From Promethearchaeota archaeon (GTDB taxonomy: Archaea > Asgardarchaeota > Lokiarchaeia > Sigyniarchaeales > SOKP01), in contig JAHPZA010000009.1 of assembly GCA_019058445.1 (NCBI GenBank), forward strand, positions 582,410-646,409: a stretch of 64,000 nt of DNA. Direction: 5' to 3'. A program made the translations under genes and the position numbers. The notes under the pieces were generated by a model that was not told where the DNA came from, did not search any database, and saw only the letters and a list, made by a program, of their open reading frames with translations. The first letter of the stretch is position 1; every line of letters starts with the position of its first letter. Positions 40,902 to 51,543 of the stretch are shown one piece after another.

Positions 40902-42224
40902 TTATTTTTCCAATTTTTCAATGAATTTCTTTCTAGCTATTTTTTCTTCTTCTGTAAGTTGAACTTCTTCTCTAGTAACGAGTAACATAAACACTAGAGC
41001 TAAAATTAAAAATAATGCGCAAACCAAGAAGAAATAGGTAAATCCTATTACTTCAACTATCGTGCCAACAATACCAGGCCCTAGAATTGCTGCTGTATAC
41101 ATAAAAAAATAATATACTCCCGTATAAGTGCCTATTTTTTTTTCTGAAGGTGCTAAACTCCATAATGTTACTAACGTATTGATATTTACTAATGCATATC
41201 CGATTCCAATTAGAATTAAAACTATGAATAGAATCGCAGTTCCTTGGATAAGAAAAGCTAAAAGCATTGCTATTATGAAAATAACTAATCCTATCTTGAT
41301 AATTAATCTTCTTCCAAATTTTTCTGCTAAAATCCCTGATGGAAAAGCCACAAGTAAGAATACTATCGAAGCATATAAAAGCATACCCCCAGCAGCGCCT
41401 CTTGTCATTCCTAAAACCTCTGTACCGTATATTGTAAATAGGGCTCTGAATCCTTCATAGCCAATATATACACTAAAAATCGCTAATAACACTAAAAGGG
41501 TACTCTTATCTTTTTCAGAGGCAATATCTTTTAAACTTTCAATTAATCCCGGTCTTACAATGTCCTCTTTACTTTCTGCGCCTTCTTCTGTATCCATTTC
41601 TAAACATAATTGATAGGCATATGCATCTTGCTCTTTTACTGTTAAAAAGCCAATAATTAGTGTTATTATCATAATAACTGAAACTATAATGAATGCTAAC
41701 TGTAAACTCACATCGACAATAAGAAGACTTATCAATGCAGCAAATATCGCTCCAACACCTCCCATTAGATTAAGAATAGCATTTGCTTTGCCTCTGTGCT
41801 CAGTTTTAATAAAATCCGGAATTAGGGCCACTTGTTGGGTTCTATAGAAACACATTGCAATCATAAAACAGAATATAAACAAGAATAACATAAAGAAAGA
41901 TGTTTCAAAAGCTATAAGAGCAAAAAATATTGCTGCTATAGGAACTCCGATAATTAAATATGGCATCCTCCTCCCTAAGCGAGATCTAGTATTATCTGAT
42001 TTATTGCCCATAATTGGTTGTATTATTAAGCCAAGAAGATTATCTAAACCCAGGATGAGCCCTACAAGTGCTAATGAACCTAAATAAAAGTATAGACTGA
42101 TGGATACTTGGCTATCATACATTTCCCATGCTAGTATTGTAGGAAAAAACATTAAACCTATTAGAAAAGTATGTTTTAAATCAAACTTTTCTTTTTCTTC
42201 AGTTTCGGACATTTTAGAACTCAA
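40902..42224 (-). CDS. MFS sugar transporter (maltose/sucrose, SLC45-like)
   Basis: QPIMG..SDNTRSRLGRRMPY, about 12 TM helices. Confidence 0.9.
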   Translation of the reverse strand: MSSKMSETEEKEKFDLKHTFLIGLMFFPTILAWEMYDSQVSISLYFYLGSLALVGLILGLDNLLGLIIQPIMGNKSDNTRSRLGRRMPYLIIGVPIAAIFFALIAFETSFFMLFLFIFCFMIAMCFYRTQQVALIPDFIKTEHRGKANAILNLMGGVGAIFAALISLLIVDVSLQLAFIIVSVIMIITLIIGFLTVKEQDAYAYQLCLEMDTEEGAESKEDIVRPGLIESLKDIASEKDKSTLLVLLAIFSVYIGYEGFRALFTIYGTEVLGMTRGAAGGMLLYASIVFLLVAFPSGILAEKFGRRLIIKIGLVIFIIAMLLAFLIQGTAILFIVLILIGIGYALVNINTLVTLWSLAPSEKKIGTYTGVYYFFMYTAAILGPGIVGTIVEVIGFTYFFLVCALFLILALVFMLLVTREEVQLTEEEKIARKKFIEKLEK

Positions 42225-42303
42225 AATTGTTTTGTTTTAAATGAATTTTTAAATGAATATTTACTGCAACATTTGCTTTCTTTATTATTATAATTTTTAT
42301 TTT

Positions 42304-42699
42304 TTATCTCCAAAATTGATCATTTAAATTTTTTAAATATACAAGATGACTCACACAATTACAGTCAGAAGAGCCAAAGTTTTCAATAAAACCATCTGAT
42401 ATATTTAATAATTCTTGAGCAATGATACATTCTAATCTTTGGGAACTAGGAATTAAATATATTCTGATTAAGAGAGGAGTTTCTTGGAGTAAATAATCTA
42501 TATGCCAGTGAGTCTTTTTCTTTTCTGGAGGTAAAATATGTCTTTTTACTCTATTAATAAGCGTTGCTGAACCAGAAATCCCCATTGCAGATCCTATATA
42601 AAAATAGTATCCTTTTTTAAATGGAATTATCCCTAATGAGCCAACAGGTATTTTTTTATCTTCCTTAATATATATTACTAATATGTATGTTCCTTTCAT
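42304..42699 (-). CDS. DUF123 / GIY-YIG-like nuclease family protein
   Basis: KGTYIL, YIGSA, HWHIDYLL, FGSSDCNC.SHL. Confidence 0.9.
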   Translation of the reverse strand: MKGTYILVIYIKEDKKIPVGSLGIIPFKKGYYFYIGSAMGISGSATLINRVKRHILPPEKKKTHWHIDYLLQETPLLIRIYLIPSSQRLECIIAQELLNISDGFIENFGSSDCNCVSHLVYLKNLNDQFWR

Positions 42700-42754
42700 T
42701 TAGGAAAGATAATAGTAAGTAATCAATAAATTGAATATAGTTAGGTTCTATTAT

Positions 42755-43240
42755 TTACTTTTTCAATTCTATAATTTTGCTTCTAAGGATTAGAATAATC
42801 AAGACTAATTGGAAACCAATCAAAAGATATAAAGTGAGGTCTATAAAAAAACTGGCATATACGGGCATTCCTAACCAAGATTTAATCCAACACTTCGAAT
42901 CACCATTTGTATAAAATAAGCAACTTGCTACTGAAAGATAAACAATATGAAATGCTAATGATAACATTATTACGGTGATTGCTAGGATTATTTTAACATA
43001 AAAGCTTATATCGGTTTTAGATTTTTCATTAGTCCTAACTTCATTTGAGTGTATATGCGAAGAGGAATCTATCCTTTCAATGCCTTGATTTGAAATTATT
43101 TCTTTTAAAGTCTTATTTTCAGACAATAAAATATTATATTCGTTAAGATCAATCTAAATTAAGTTATTGTTTAATTTACTTCTGTATTCTGCTTGTTCTT
43201 CTTGAGTTGAAACTTTATCACTTATATTAGAACCACTCAT
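42755..43240 (-). pseudogene. Small membrane protein probably split by one in-frame TAG (43154-43156)
   Basis: ATG at 43240 is in frame with ORF 42755-43126, with only one stop between them. Confidence 0.5.
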
Positions 43241-43487
43241 GACTGAAAAAAAAAAAAGATTCTACTACCTAATAATATAAGTCATTAATTAATTCATTTT
43301 TATAAAACTGTAATGAAAAAATTGATTTTTCGTTATATTGCTATAAAATTGATCAAGGAAAATCTTATATTATAAACATGGATTTTCTAAAAGCAATTTA
43401 AATAAATCTCTAACTTAAAAAGATTTTAAAGTTGTTTTAATTATTTAAAATATTCATATAGCAATACTATAACTTATTGATGATAAA

Positions 43488-44630
43488 ATGAATGAGCTAT
43501 TCTTTTCTGAAAAACTTTACCGCATACAGAAAGAGGTTAGAGATTTCTTAATAAATGAATTAGAACCAATAAAAAATGATATTAATCGAGAAAACAAAAT
43601 TCCTCTTTCTTTCTTTAGAAAGATGGGAAAATATGGGATGATTGGACCATTAATCCCTAAAAAGCACGATGGTACAGAGTTAGGAATGATAGCTCATTGT
43701 ATGATAACTGAAGAGATTTCAAAAATTAATGTAAGCGCCTCAGTTACACGAACGCCATGTATCCTTGATGGATATTTACTTAATAGACATGGAAATGAAG
43801 AACAAAAAGAGAAATATTTAGGAAAAATTGCTAGTGGAGAAAAAATATGCAGTATTTGTGTTACTGAAGAAAATGCTGGCTCCAATGTGGCTGGGCTCAA
43901 ATCAACAGCCAGAAAGGAGGGAGATATTTACATTCTTAATGGTTCTAAAAAATTCATAACTAATGCAGGAATCGCAGACTATTACTTTATTTGGTGTATT
44001 ACAAATAAGAACGTTAATCCGAGAAATGGTATGAGCGTGTTTTTAGTTGGAAAAGATACTCCTGGATTAATTATTGAGAATCCTTATGGACTAATGGGAA
44101 TAAATGGAGTGTATAATGGAATTCTTAAATTTGAGAATATGGAAATTTCTAATGAGAACCTCATCGGAGAAGAGGGAAATGGATTTCAGAGTCTTATGGA
44201 AACTTTTAATGTGGAGAGGATTACGTTAAGCTCAGAATGTAATGGAATATCAATGGCAGCTTTAGAAGATTCTAAAGCTTATGCCAAAAAAAGGGTCCAA
44301 TTTGATAAACCAATATCTAAATTTCAAATTATTAGGTTCAAAATTGCTGAAATGGCTATAAAATTACAAGCTGCCAGACTCTTAACCTACAGCGCAGCAC
44401 AATTAGCTGAAATGAATAAAAATATAACCAAGGAAGCATCCATGGCAAAAGCTTTTTCAAGTAAAAGTGCTGTTGAAATCACTTCGGAAGCTGTTCAGAT
44501 TCATGGAGGGGATGGATATACAGACAATTATTCTGTCGAGAGATATATGAGAGATGCTAAATTTTTTATGATCGGGGGCGGAACTTCTGAAATACAGAAT
44601 CTCGTTATTGCTCGGGAAGAATTAAAATAA
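43488..44630 (+). CDS. Acyl-CoA dehydrogenase
   Basis: VTEENAGSN, NGSKKFITN, RVQF, QIHGGDGY, GGGTSEIQ. Confidence 0.95.
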   Translation: MNELFFSEKLYRIQKEVRDFLINELEPIKNDINRENKIPLSFFRKMGKYGMIGPLIPKKHDGTELGMIAHCMITEEISKINVSASVTRTPCILDGYLLNRHGNEEQKEKYLGKIASGEKICSICVTEENAGSNVAGLKSTARKEGDIYILNGSKKFITNAGIADYYFIWCITNKNVNPRNGMSVFLVGKDTPGLIIENPYGLMGINGVYNGILKFENMEISNENLIGEEGNGFQSLMETFNVERITLSSECNGISMAALEDSKAYAKKRVQFDKPISKFQIIRFKIAEMAIKLQAARLLTYSAAQLAEMNKNITKEASMAKAFSSKSAVEITSEAVQIHGGDGYTDNYSVERYMRDAKFFMIGGGTSEIQNLVIAREELK

Positions 44631-44654
44631 ATAGTAAAGCTATTTATTTTCTAA

Positions 44655-45929
44655 ATGAGAATAATAAATATGAAAAAGATCACTGGCGTAAATATCTTAG
44701 ATGATGAGATACGAGATAAATTAATTACAAGAAATATCTATGAAATCTTCAATAATTTTATTATCCCCCTTATAACAAAAGAAGAACAAGATTTTCTCAG
44801 AGAATTGGAGGATTTTTTAATAAAAGAAGTAGAACCAAAAATAGATCTCAATAATGATGTATATGAACTTTTCCCTATTATTGCCAAAAAGAATTATATG
44901 CAGAGATTAAATCAATACGGAGATTCCGAAAGGTATGGGATGCGCTATGAAATCCTTCTTGCCATGGCCATGTCAATAATAGATCCTGAGCTAGATCTCG
45001 CTCGTGTAGTTTCAGGAGTTATCTTTGCTAATCCTTTATTTCAATTCGGGAAGAATGACCATCAACTAGAGATCCTAGATGAGATCATGACCGGAAAGAA
45101 AATAGGTTGTATTTGCATTACTGAAAAATACCACGGATCGGATGCCGTAAATATGGAAACTCAAATTCAAGAGGAGGAGGATCATGTAATTATTAATGGG
45201 GAAAAATTATATACCACTAATGGTTCTATAGCAGATTACTTTATTGTATACGGCGTGTCTAATCCACATGATCCTAGGGGATCTATGTATCAAGTAATTG
45301 CGGAACGAGAGTTTGAGGGACTTGAAACCCATAGGCTGGGAGTACAATCAATTCCAAGAGTAGAGATTGGGCAAACGATATTTAATAATGTGAAAATTCC
45401 GCGGGAAAATATCCTCGGAACAAGAGGTCAAGGATATAATAATCTTTTTTCTGGACTTGTGGCAGAACGGGATGCCATAATCGGCTCGAGCTTAGGAATT
45501 AGTTGGTTAACAGCAATAACCGCACTTATATATACAAATTGTAGGGTCCAGTTTGGCAGACCACTATATGATTTTCAAGCAGTCTCATTTCCGATAACTC
45601 AATTGTTTACTGAATTAATGGCGGCTACTGAGTTTGGATTTAAATCTGCGTCAGAATATCGGAAAACTCTTGAGCACTCCGATTTAAAGTTTATTAAATA
45701 TAATGCAGCATTTAGTTCTGGTACGAAATTTTATGCATCTAATCTAGCACATAAGATATCTTACGAAACCCAGCAATTATGCGGTGGAATCGCTTTCACA
45801 GATAATCTCCGAATAGACAAAGCTTTGGAAGTTAGTAAAGTTCAGGAAATAATCGGTGGGGCAAGAAATATCCAGCTTTATTTGGTTAGCAGAGCAATTA
45901 AAGATATATTCAAACGATTAGCGTTATGA
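44655..45929 (+). CDS. Acyl-CoA dehydrogenase (divergent)
   Basis: ITEKYHGSD, NGEKLYTTNG, RVQFGRPL, QLCGG. Confidence 0.9.
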   Translation: MRIINMKKITGVNILDDEIRDKLITRNIYEIFNNFIIPLITKEEQDFLRELEDFLIKEVEPKIDLNNDVYELFPIIAKKNYMQRLNQYGDSERYGMRYEILLAMAMSIIDPELDLARVVSGVIFANPLFQFGKNDHQLEILDEIMTGKKIGCICITEKYHGSDAVNMETQIQEEEDHVIINGEKLYTTNGSIADYFIVYGVSNPHDPRGSMYQVIAEREFEGLETHRLGVQSIPRVEIGQTIFNNVKIPRENILGTRGQGYNNLFSGLVAERDAIIGSSLGISWLTAITALIYTNCRVQFGRPLYDFQAVSFPITQLFTELMAATEFGFKSASEYRKTLEHSDLKFIKYNAAFSSGTKFYASNLAHKISYETQQLCGGIAFTDNLRIDKALEVSKVQEIIGGARNIQLYLVSRAIKDIFKRLAL

Positions 45930-45943
45930 GAAAATAAGAAAAA

Positions 45944-46474
45944 TTGATCATGGAAATCAGGGCTCTAAAGAGAGAGGAAATAAACGACATACGAGATATC
46001 GACCGAAGCGAAATAATTAACCAATCATATTATTACAAAAACGACAAACTCGTGTTAAAAAAGAAATATTTTAATATCTCGGGATGGCATCCGAATGAAA
46101 TTGAAAGGACAATTGGCAATCTTTATGATCTCTATGATCGTAATGGATATTTTTTTGGTTTATTTTAAAAAGAAAAAATTGTCGGAATAGCTGCTTTAGA
46201 ATGTAAATTCATAGGAAGTAATAATAATCAACTTCAAGTTGTTTTCTTGCATATTGATAAAAATTATAGAAAAAAGGGATATGGAAAAAAATTAATGACC
46301 AAAACTATAGAAAAAGCAAAAGAATTGGGGGCTAAAAAGCTGTACATATCAGCCACTCCATCTAAAAATACTGTTAATTTTTACATGCATTTGGGCTGCA
46401 ATTTAGCTTCAGAAATAAATCCTGAATTATATCAATTAGAGCCTGACGATATCCATTTGGAAATGATTATTTAG
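45944..46474 (+). pseudogene. GNAT acetyltransferase with one in-frame TAA (46166-46168)
   Basis: ..GYFFGLF*KEKIVGIAALE..LHIDKNYRKKGYG in a single frame. Confidence 0.85.
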
Positions 46475-46532
46475 TATTAATAAAAGTTTTCTTCCATATT
46501 AATTAATTAAAAAAAAGGAGTTAGAAATTTTT

Positions 46533-47393
46533 TTAGTAATTATAAAAACCTTTTTTTGATTTTCTACCCAATAAATTGTCTTCAACCATCTCTTTTAGAA
46601 GAGGGCTCGGTTTATATTTTTCTCCTAAAGCTTCTCCTAGATACTCCCCAATATGAAAATATATATCATTCCCTACTAAATCTGAAAGCTCTAAAGGACC
46701 CATTGGAAAATTGAACGCTAATTTGCACGCAACATCGATATCTTCGGTACTAGCAATTCCTTCCATTTTCAATTTAACTGCTTCATTGCACAACACATAA
46801 ATAAGACGTGTGGTTACAAATCCTGGTGCGTCTTTTACAGTTACTACAGTCTTATTGAGACTCTCTGAAAATTGTTTTGATGTTGCAAAAACTTCTTCAG
46901 ATGTATTTTTACCCTTAATTAACTCAATTAATTTCATCACTGGTGCTGGATTAAAGAAATGAATACCTACAATCCTTTCCTGGTTATTAGATTTAGATGC
47001 TATTTCAGTAATGCTCAAGGAAGATGTATTAGATGCCAAAATAACGCTTTTATCGCAAATAGAATCTAATTCTGAAAATAACTTCTGTTTTAAATTCATA
47101 TCTTCAAACACAGCTTCAATTACCATTTGCACACCTTTAACCGCAGAATCTCTGTCAGGATTTAATTTAATTCGATTGAGAATATCACTTGCTTCTTCCG
47201 CTGTAATTTTATTTTTCACCACAAAAAATCTATCTAAATTCTTTTCAATAGCATTTTTTGCTTTTTTTAAAATATCCTCATTAACATCTACTAAGTTCAC
47301 TTCATACCCATGAGTTGCAGCTAGTTGCGCAATCCCATGCCCCATAATTCCTGCTCCAATTACACATATATTTTTTATTTCCATAACCCTCAC
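46533..47393 (-). CDS. 3-hydroxyacyl-CoA dehydrogenase
   Basis: GAGIMGHGIA, EAVFE, SNTSS, HFFNP, PMGP. Confidence 0.95.
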   Translation of the reverse strand: MRVMEIKNICVIGAGIMGHGIAQLAATHGYEVNLVDVNEDILKKAKNAIEKNLDRFFVVKNKITAEEASDILNRIKLNPDRDSAVKGVQMVIEAVFEDMNLKQKLFSELDSICDKSVILASNTSSLSITEIASKSNNQERIVGIHFFNPAPVMKLIELIKGKNTSEEVFATSKQFSESLNKTVVTVKDAPGFVTTRLIYVLCNEAVKLKMEGIASTEDIDVACKLAFNFPMGPLELSDLVGNDIYFHIGEYLGEALGEKYKPSPLLKEMVEDNLLGRKSKKGFYNY

Positions 47394-48199
47394 TATTTCC
47401 TAAATTGATTAAAATCTGCTTTACGTTTTTCTACAAATGCATTTCTTCCTTCTACGGCCTCATCAGTATCGTAATAAAGAGACAATCCACCAACTCCTAG
47501 TTGAGTAACACCTGTCACTCCATCAGTCTCAGCTAAAAAGGCATATTTAAGCATTTTCAGTGCTGTGGGGCTTTTTTCTAAAAGTTCTTGGCACCATTGG
47601 TTCACTTCCCCATCCAATTTTTCATAAGGTACAACTGCGTTCACAAGTCCCATTTCTAAGGCTTGCTGAGCAGTATATCGACGACAGAGATACCAAATTT
47701 CTTTTGCACGTTTAACCCCAACCGCTCTCATTAAATCACCAGTTCCATATCCCGGATCGAAAGAACCTACACGAGGACCTGCTTGCCCAAGTTGGGCATG
47801 CTCTGCAGCAATGCTAAGGTCACAATTGACGTGCCATACATGCCCTCCTCCAATTGCGTATCCGTTCACTCGAGCAATGACAGGTTTTGGCAATGTGCGG
47901 ATAAGAAGCGTTACACGCTGCCAACCGACTTCGAGAGGTAACATATATTTTCCTTTATACCCTCCTTTCTCCCGGGTGGTCTGATCTCCCCCAGTACAAA
48001 ATGCTTTTTCTCCGGCACCAGTAAATACTACAACACCAATTTCATTGTCCATACAGCGATTGAAAGCATCGATAAGTTCATGTACAGTTTGTTGTGTGCA
48101 CGCATTATATCGTTCTGGTCGATTAATGGTTATACGGGCAATTCTATCTTTTATTTCAAAAATTATTTCCTCATATTCACTCATCTTATTCAACTTCAA
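47393..48199 (-). CDS. MenB/BadI-family crotonase (naphthoate synthase or 2-ketocyclohexanecarboxyl-CoA hydrolase)
   Basis: AFCTGGDQ, GYAIGGGHV, GSFDPGYG, EIWYLCRRY. Confidence 0.88.
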   Translation of the reverse strand: MKLNKMSEYEEIIFEIKDRIARITINRPERYNACTQQTVHELIDAFNRCMDNEIGVVVFTGAGEKAFCTGGDQTTREKGGYKGKYMLPLEVGWQRVTLLIRTLPKPVIARVNGYAIGGGHVWHVNCDLSIAAEHAQLGQAGPRVGSFDPGYGTGDLMRAVGVKRAKEIWYLCRRYTAQQALEMGLVNAVVPYEKLDGEVNQWCQELLEKSPTALKMLKYAFLAETDGVTGVTQLGVGGLSLYYDTDEAVEGRNAFVEKRKADFNQFRK

Positions 48200-48331
48200 A
48201 ATATTATTGTATTAATTTCTGATGATTAATCACTAAAAATGATTCCAAAATATATAAAACAATCTTTATTGAAATCGAGTAGGATAATTATCTCATAAAA
48301 TTAGTTCAACATATAATGAGCAATTAGATCT

Positions 48332-48856
48332 TTAGAGATTCATTTTTTCCTTAATTTCATTTAGTATTTTAGGACCTGCCTGATTGATTTCAGTTAAAAC
48401 CTCACGTAATATGTCATTAATTTCAACCCCTTTCAATTCACATGCGATGTATAAAAGAGAAATTATCTCTTTAGTTAGCAATCGTATATTTCTTATATCA
48501 TTAATTGGAATTCTAATACCTAATGACTTTAAGTCTTGGGCTGTCTCATTGTCTAACTGTCTTATTGTAATTAATATGTCGTTCTTTCTGCCCTTCCATT
48601 CCTCCGTAATAGCCCGTATCGATAAAACGTACTTCTTCGTGGGACTTCCGATGCCGTTAACATCCTGAGCAAAATCTAAAGGTTCAGAATTTCTTAGAGA
48701 CTTTAGCCCAAAAGAACGGTTAAATTTGTTCAATTTATCAAACTTCCGCTTCATGAAAGAGATTTCATCAGTAAGCTGCTCTACTTTTAACGACAATTTT
48801 CCAAATTTTTCCAAAAATAGCTCCCTTAAATGCAAATTTTCCTCGCTTTGAGTCAT
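48332..48856 (-). CDS. Hypothetical protein
   Basis: 174-aa ORF with SD-like ggag upstream. Confidence 0.7.
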   Translation of the reverse strand: MTQSEENLHLRELFLEKFGKLSLKVEQLTDEISFMKRKFDKLNKFNRSFGLKSLRNSEPLDFAQDVNGIGSPTKKYVLSIRAITEEWKGRKNDILITIRQLDNETAQDLKSLGIRIPINDIRNIRLLTKEIISLLYIACELKGVEINDILREVLTEINQAGPKILNEIKEKMNL

Positions 48857-49030
48857 GGTAATCTCCTTAAAATCTTCCGCATGATATTTTTTGCATAAAC
48901 TTTTATAAATCTAATTATTAAAATGTTAATCTTTCTTGGTTTTCTGATTTTTAGACAGAACAAAACCTTTAAAGATTTAAAAAAATAAAAAATTGATAAA
49001 AATTTTTGATTAAGATTTAGATTATTCTAC

Positions 49031-50038
49031 TTATTCATTCAGTTCTTTTTTCTCACTCTTCTTACTATTGGTTATAATGCCATAAAGTCCTGTTATAAAT
49101 AATAAGGGAATGAATAAAACAAAACTCCATATAGCACCGAATCTACTCGCGTCTATAACTGTAATTTCTGTAGCTCCAAATTCGTATGCTGCCTTAGAAA
49201 AGATTAGTAAGATTAAAATAGCATCAGCTTTAAGAAATTTTACTTTTTCACTGATAGTATCTGCTCTATCACCAATAAGTTTACTAATAGTATAAAGTAT
49301 AAGGAATAAATCAAAAAGATATAACGCTATTGTAACTGGTAAATTATATTCACTCTCAGATGAACTTAGATTAAAATAGACCATAAGCATTAAATATAAA
49401 GTATAAATAGCGACCAAAATAAAGAAAAATCCTAACCAGGCATTTAATTTTCCTCTTAATGCTAATATTCCACCTAAAACCGCAAAAAAAATGACGATTA
49501 CCGTTAAAATAAGAGCAAATACACCAAATGCAAATTGGATTTCAACGTCTCTATGTTGTAATGCTATGCCTAATCTTGTAATTGAAAGCATGATAATTAT
49601 AGCAAATATGGTTCCCCCTAAAAATACCAGCCATTTAAGCCACCTCCCCTCCGGTTCCCATGATATCCCAATCTGGTAACAAGAATACATCAAAAAAGTT
49701 GCAGTAATCGCGACATAAAACACTATACCAAATATAAAGAATCCTTGAAAAAGGATTGTTCCAATATACAACCTTACTATAAGTAAAAATGTAATTGCTG
49801 CTCCTATGATGAGATAGAGAATTATTTGTTTATGAGACAAATGTTTTAGATCAATTCGAAAAATTAGCGCGGCGATAAATAATACCATGCAGATGCCTAA
49901 AAGAACAACAAAAATATAAGTCCCATATCCAAGTAAGCCAAACTGAGCTAGTGTAAATCCAATTATTAATAATATAACGAGAATTAAGAAAAGCCTATTT
50001 TCCTTATCTATAATTTTTTTTAAATCAGAAAACACCAT
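49031..50038 (-). CDS. Polytopic membrane protein (paralog of the next gene)
   Basis: Shares RGKLNAWLG/KGRLHSWMG, IYT.YLM, LY.F.LF and AD.IL with 50174-51328. Confidence 0.8.
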   Translation of the reverse strand: MVFSDLKKIIDKENRLFLILVILLIIGFTLAQFGLLGYGTYIFVVLLGICMVLFIAALIFRIDLKHLSHKQIILYLIIGAAITFLLIVRLYIGTILFQGFFIFGIVFYVAITATFLMYSCYQIGISWEPEGRWLKWLVFLGGTIFAIIIMLSITRLGIALQHRDVEIQFAFGVFALILTVIVIFFAVLGGILALRGKLNAWLGFFFILVAIYTLYLMLMVYFNLSSSESEYNLPVTIALYLFDLFLILYTISKLIGDRADTISEKVKFLKADAILILLIFSKAAYEFGATEITVIDASRFGAIWSFVLFIPLLFITGLYGIITNSKKSEKKELNE

Positions 50039-50173
50039 GAAATGATATTAAAGCTACCCTTATTTAAAATTTGTTAAATATCACATTAATAGAAAAATAA
50101 AACACTCTTCTTTTTTTAATCAAAACTGAAAAGAAATAATAACTAAAATTATCTAAAAAAAATTAAAAAAAAA

Positions 50174-51328
50174 TTAATTTAATTCTGCTCCGCATTGTAA
50201 ACAGAATTTATCATTTTCACTATTGACAGCACCGCATTCTTTACAAAGAATTTGTTCGTCCTTGATTACACCTTCCTCTTTTGCTTCTTTTTCTAACTGC
50301 TGTATTTTTCCCTTCTGAGTGATTTCGTCATAATTACGAATTCCATAAATCGTCAAAATGATGAGGAGCGGAATAAATAAAACAAACACAGCAATAGATC
50401 TCCACACAGAAAGTTCAGATGCTTCAAGACCGCTAAGAAATGTATACATAGTGATACTAAATATTAACCACATTAAAATTGTATCTGCGCCAAAGATTCT
50501 TAATTTAGCTTTAAGAACATCTGATTTTTCTGCAATAAGACCCCCGATAGTATTAAGTAAGATAAAAAGATTAAAAAAGTAAAGTAAAATCTGGAGCGGA
50601 ATCGAAGACGCGCTAACTCCCCCCTCTGAAGTCTTTGTGTAAATAATTATCCCCATTAAGTATATTGTATAAATAGCAACCCAGACAAAAAATATGCCCA
50701 TCCAAGAATGTAGTCTGCCCTTTAAAGAGTGAAATCCTCCGATTATGCCAAAAAAGATGATAATGATGACTATAATTATGGCGGGCACCGTAGTACTAAA
50801 TCCAATAGCCTCCTGAACTCCACCCGTTACTGATTCTGTGATAATTATAGCGACTATAAGAGAAATAATAGAGATTACTATCCCGCCTATAAAAAAGCAC
50901 CATCTCTCAAAAGTTCGAACGCGTCCCGGTAATTTATAAAGATAAGAATCAATTTGAAGTCCAATTTTATAGAAATAATACATCGTGAAAATTGAAGTAA
51001 TTAATATATATGAGATTATTGCCAAAAAAAGAAAGATTATGAATAATGCAGCGAAAAAATTGAGATATATAAGTATTATAACTGTTAGAACAATGATAGT
51101 TATAATTAATCTTTTTCTTGACATATCTCTAAGCCTTTTCTTATAAGTCATAATAGAAATTAAGAATAATATGAATGAAAGCGCCGCCAAGAGAAAGAAT
51201 ACGACAAACCCTGCAATGTAAAGAACTTCAAATTGAAAGAATGTAAACCCGATAATAAGCCATAGAATGAGTATTAAATACAAACGATATTCTTTTTCCT
51301 TAAGCAATAGTAAATCTTTAAATGCCAT
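50174..51328 (-). CDS. Polytopic membrane protein with a C-terminal zinc ribbon
   Basis: CKECG..FCLQCG. Confidence 0.82.
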   Translation of the reverse strand: MAFKDLLLLKEKEYRLYLILILWLIIGFTFFQFEVLYIAGFVVFFLLAALSFILFLISIMTYKKRLRDMSRKRLIITIIVLTVIILIYLNFFAALFIIFLFLAIISYILITSIFTMYYFYKIGLQIDSYLYKLPGRVRTFERWCFFIGGIVISIISLIVAIIITESVTGGVQEAIGFSTTVPAIIIVIIIIFFGIIGGFHSLKGRLHSWMGIFFVWVAIYTIYLMGIIIYTKTSEGGVSASSIPLQILLYFFNLFILLNTIGGLIAEKSDVLKAKLRIFGADTILMWLIFSITMYTFLSGLEASELSVWRSIAVFVLFIPLLIILTIYGIRNYDEITQKGKIQQLEKEAKEEGVIKDEQILCKECGAVNSENDKFCLQCGAELN

Positions 51329-51543
51329 AGTTAATTTAACCTCGTTTTTATTAAAAAGTTAGAAATTAAGTTTGTACGTAGTTAAAAAAACTACGCGTAT
51401 TTAAAATTTATTAATTTCTTGGGCTTATGTAAAATTAGAATTAAGAATGATGTAAGTCAAATATATCTCAAACTATTACTTTTTTTTTTATTAAAACTTG
51501 ATGTTTTAAATAATTTTAAGCAGAATATATACAATATAATCCA

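Noticed and set aside
43120-43175. BHB intron removing the TAG at 43154-43156
   Set aside because: AT-only pairing, wrong bulge size, and the predicted 16-nt excision is out of frame.
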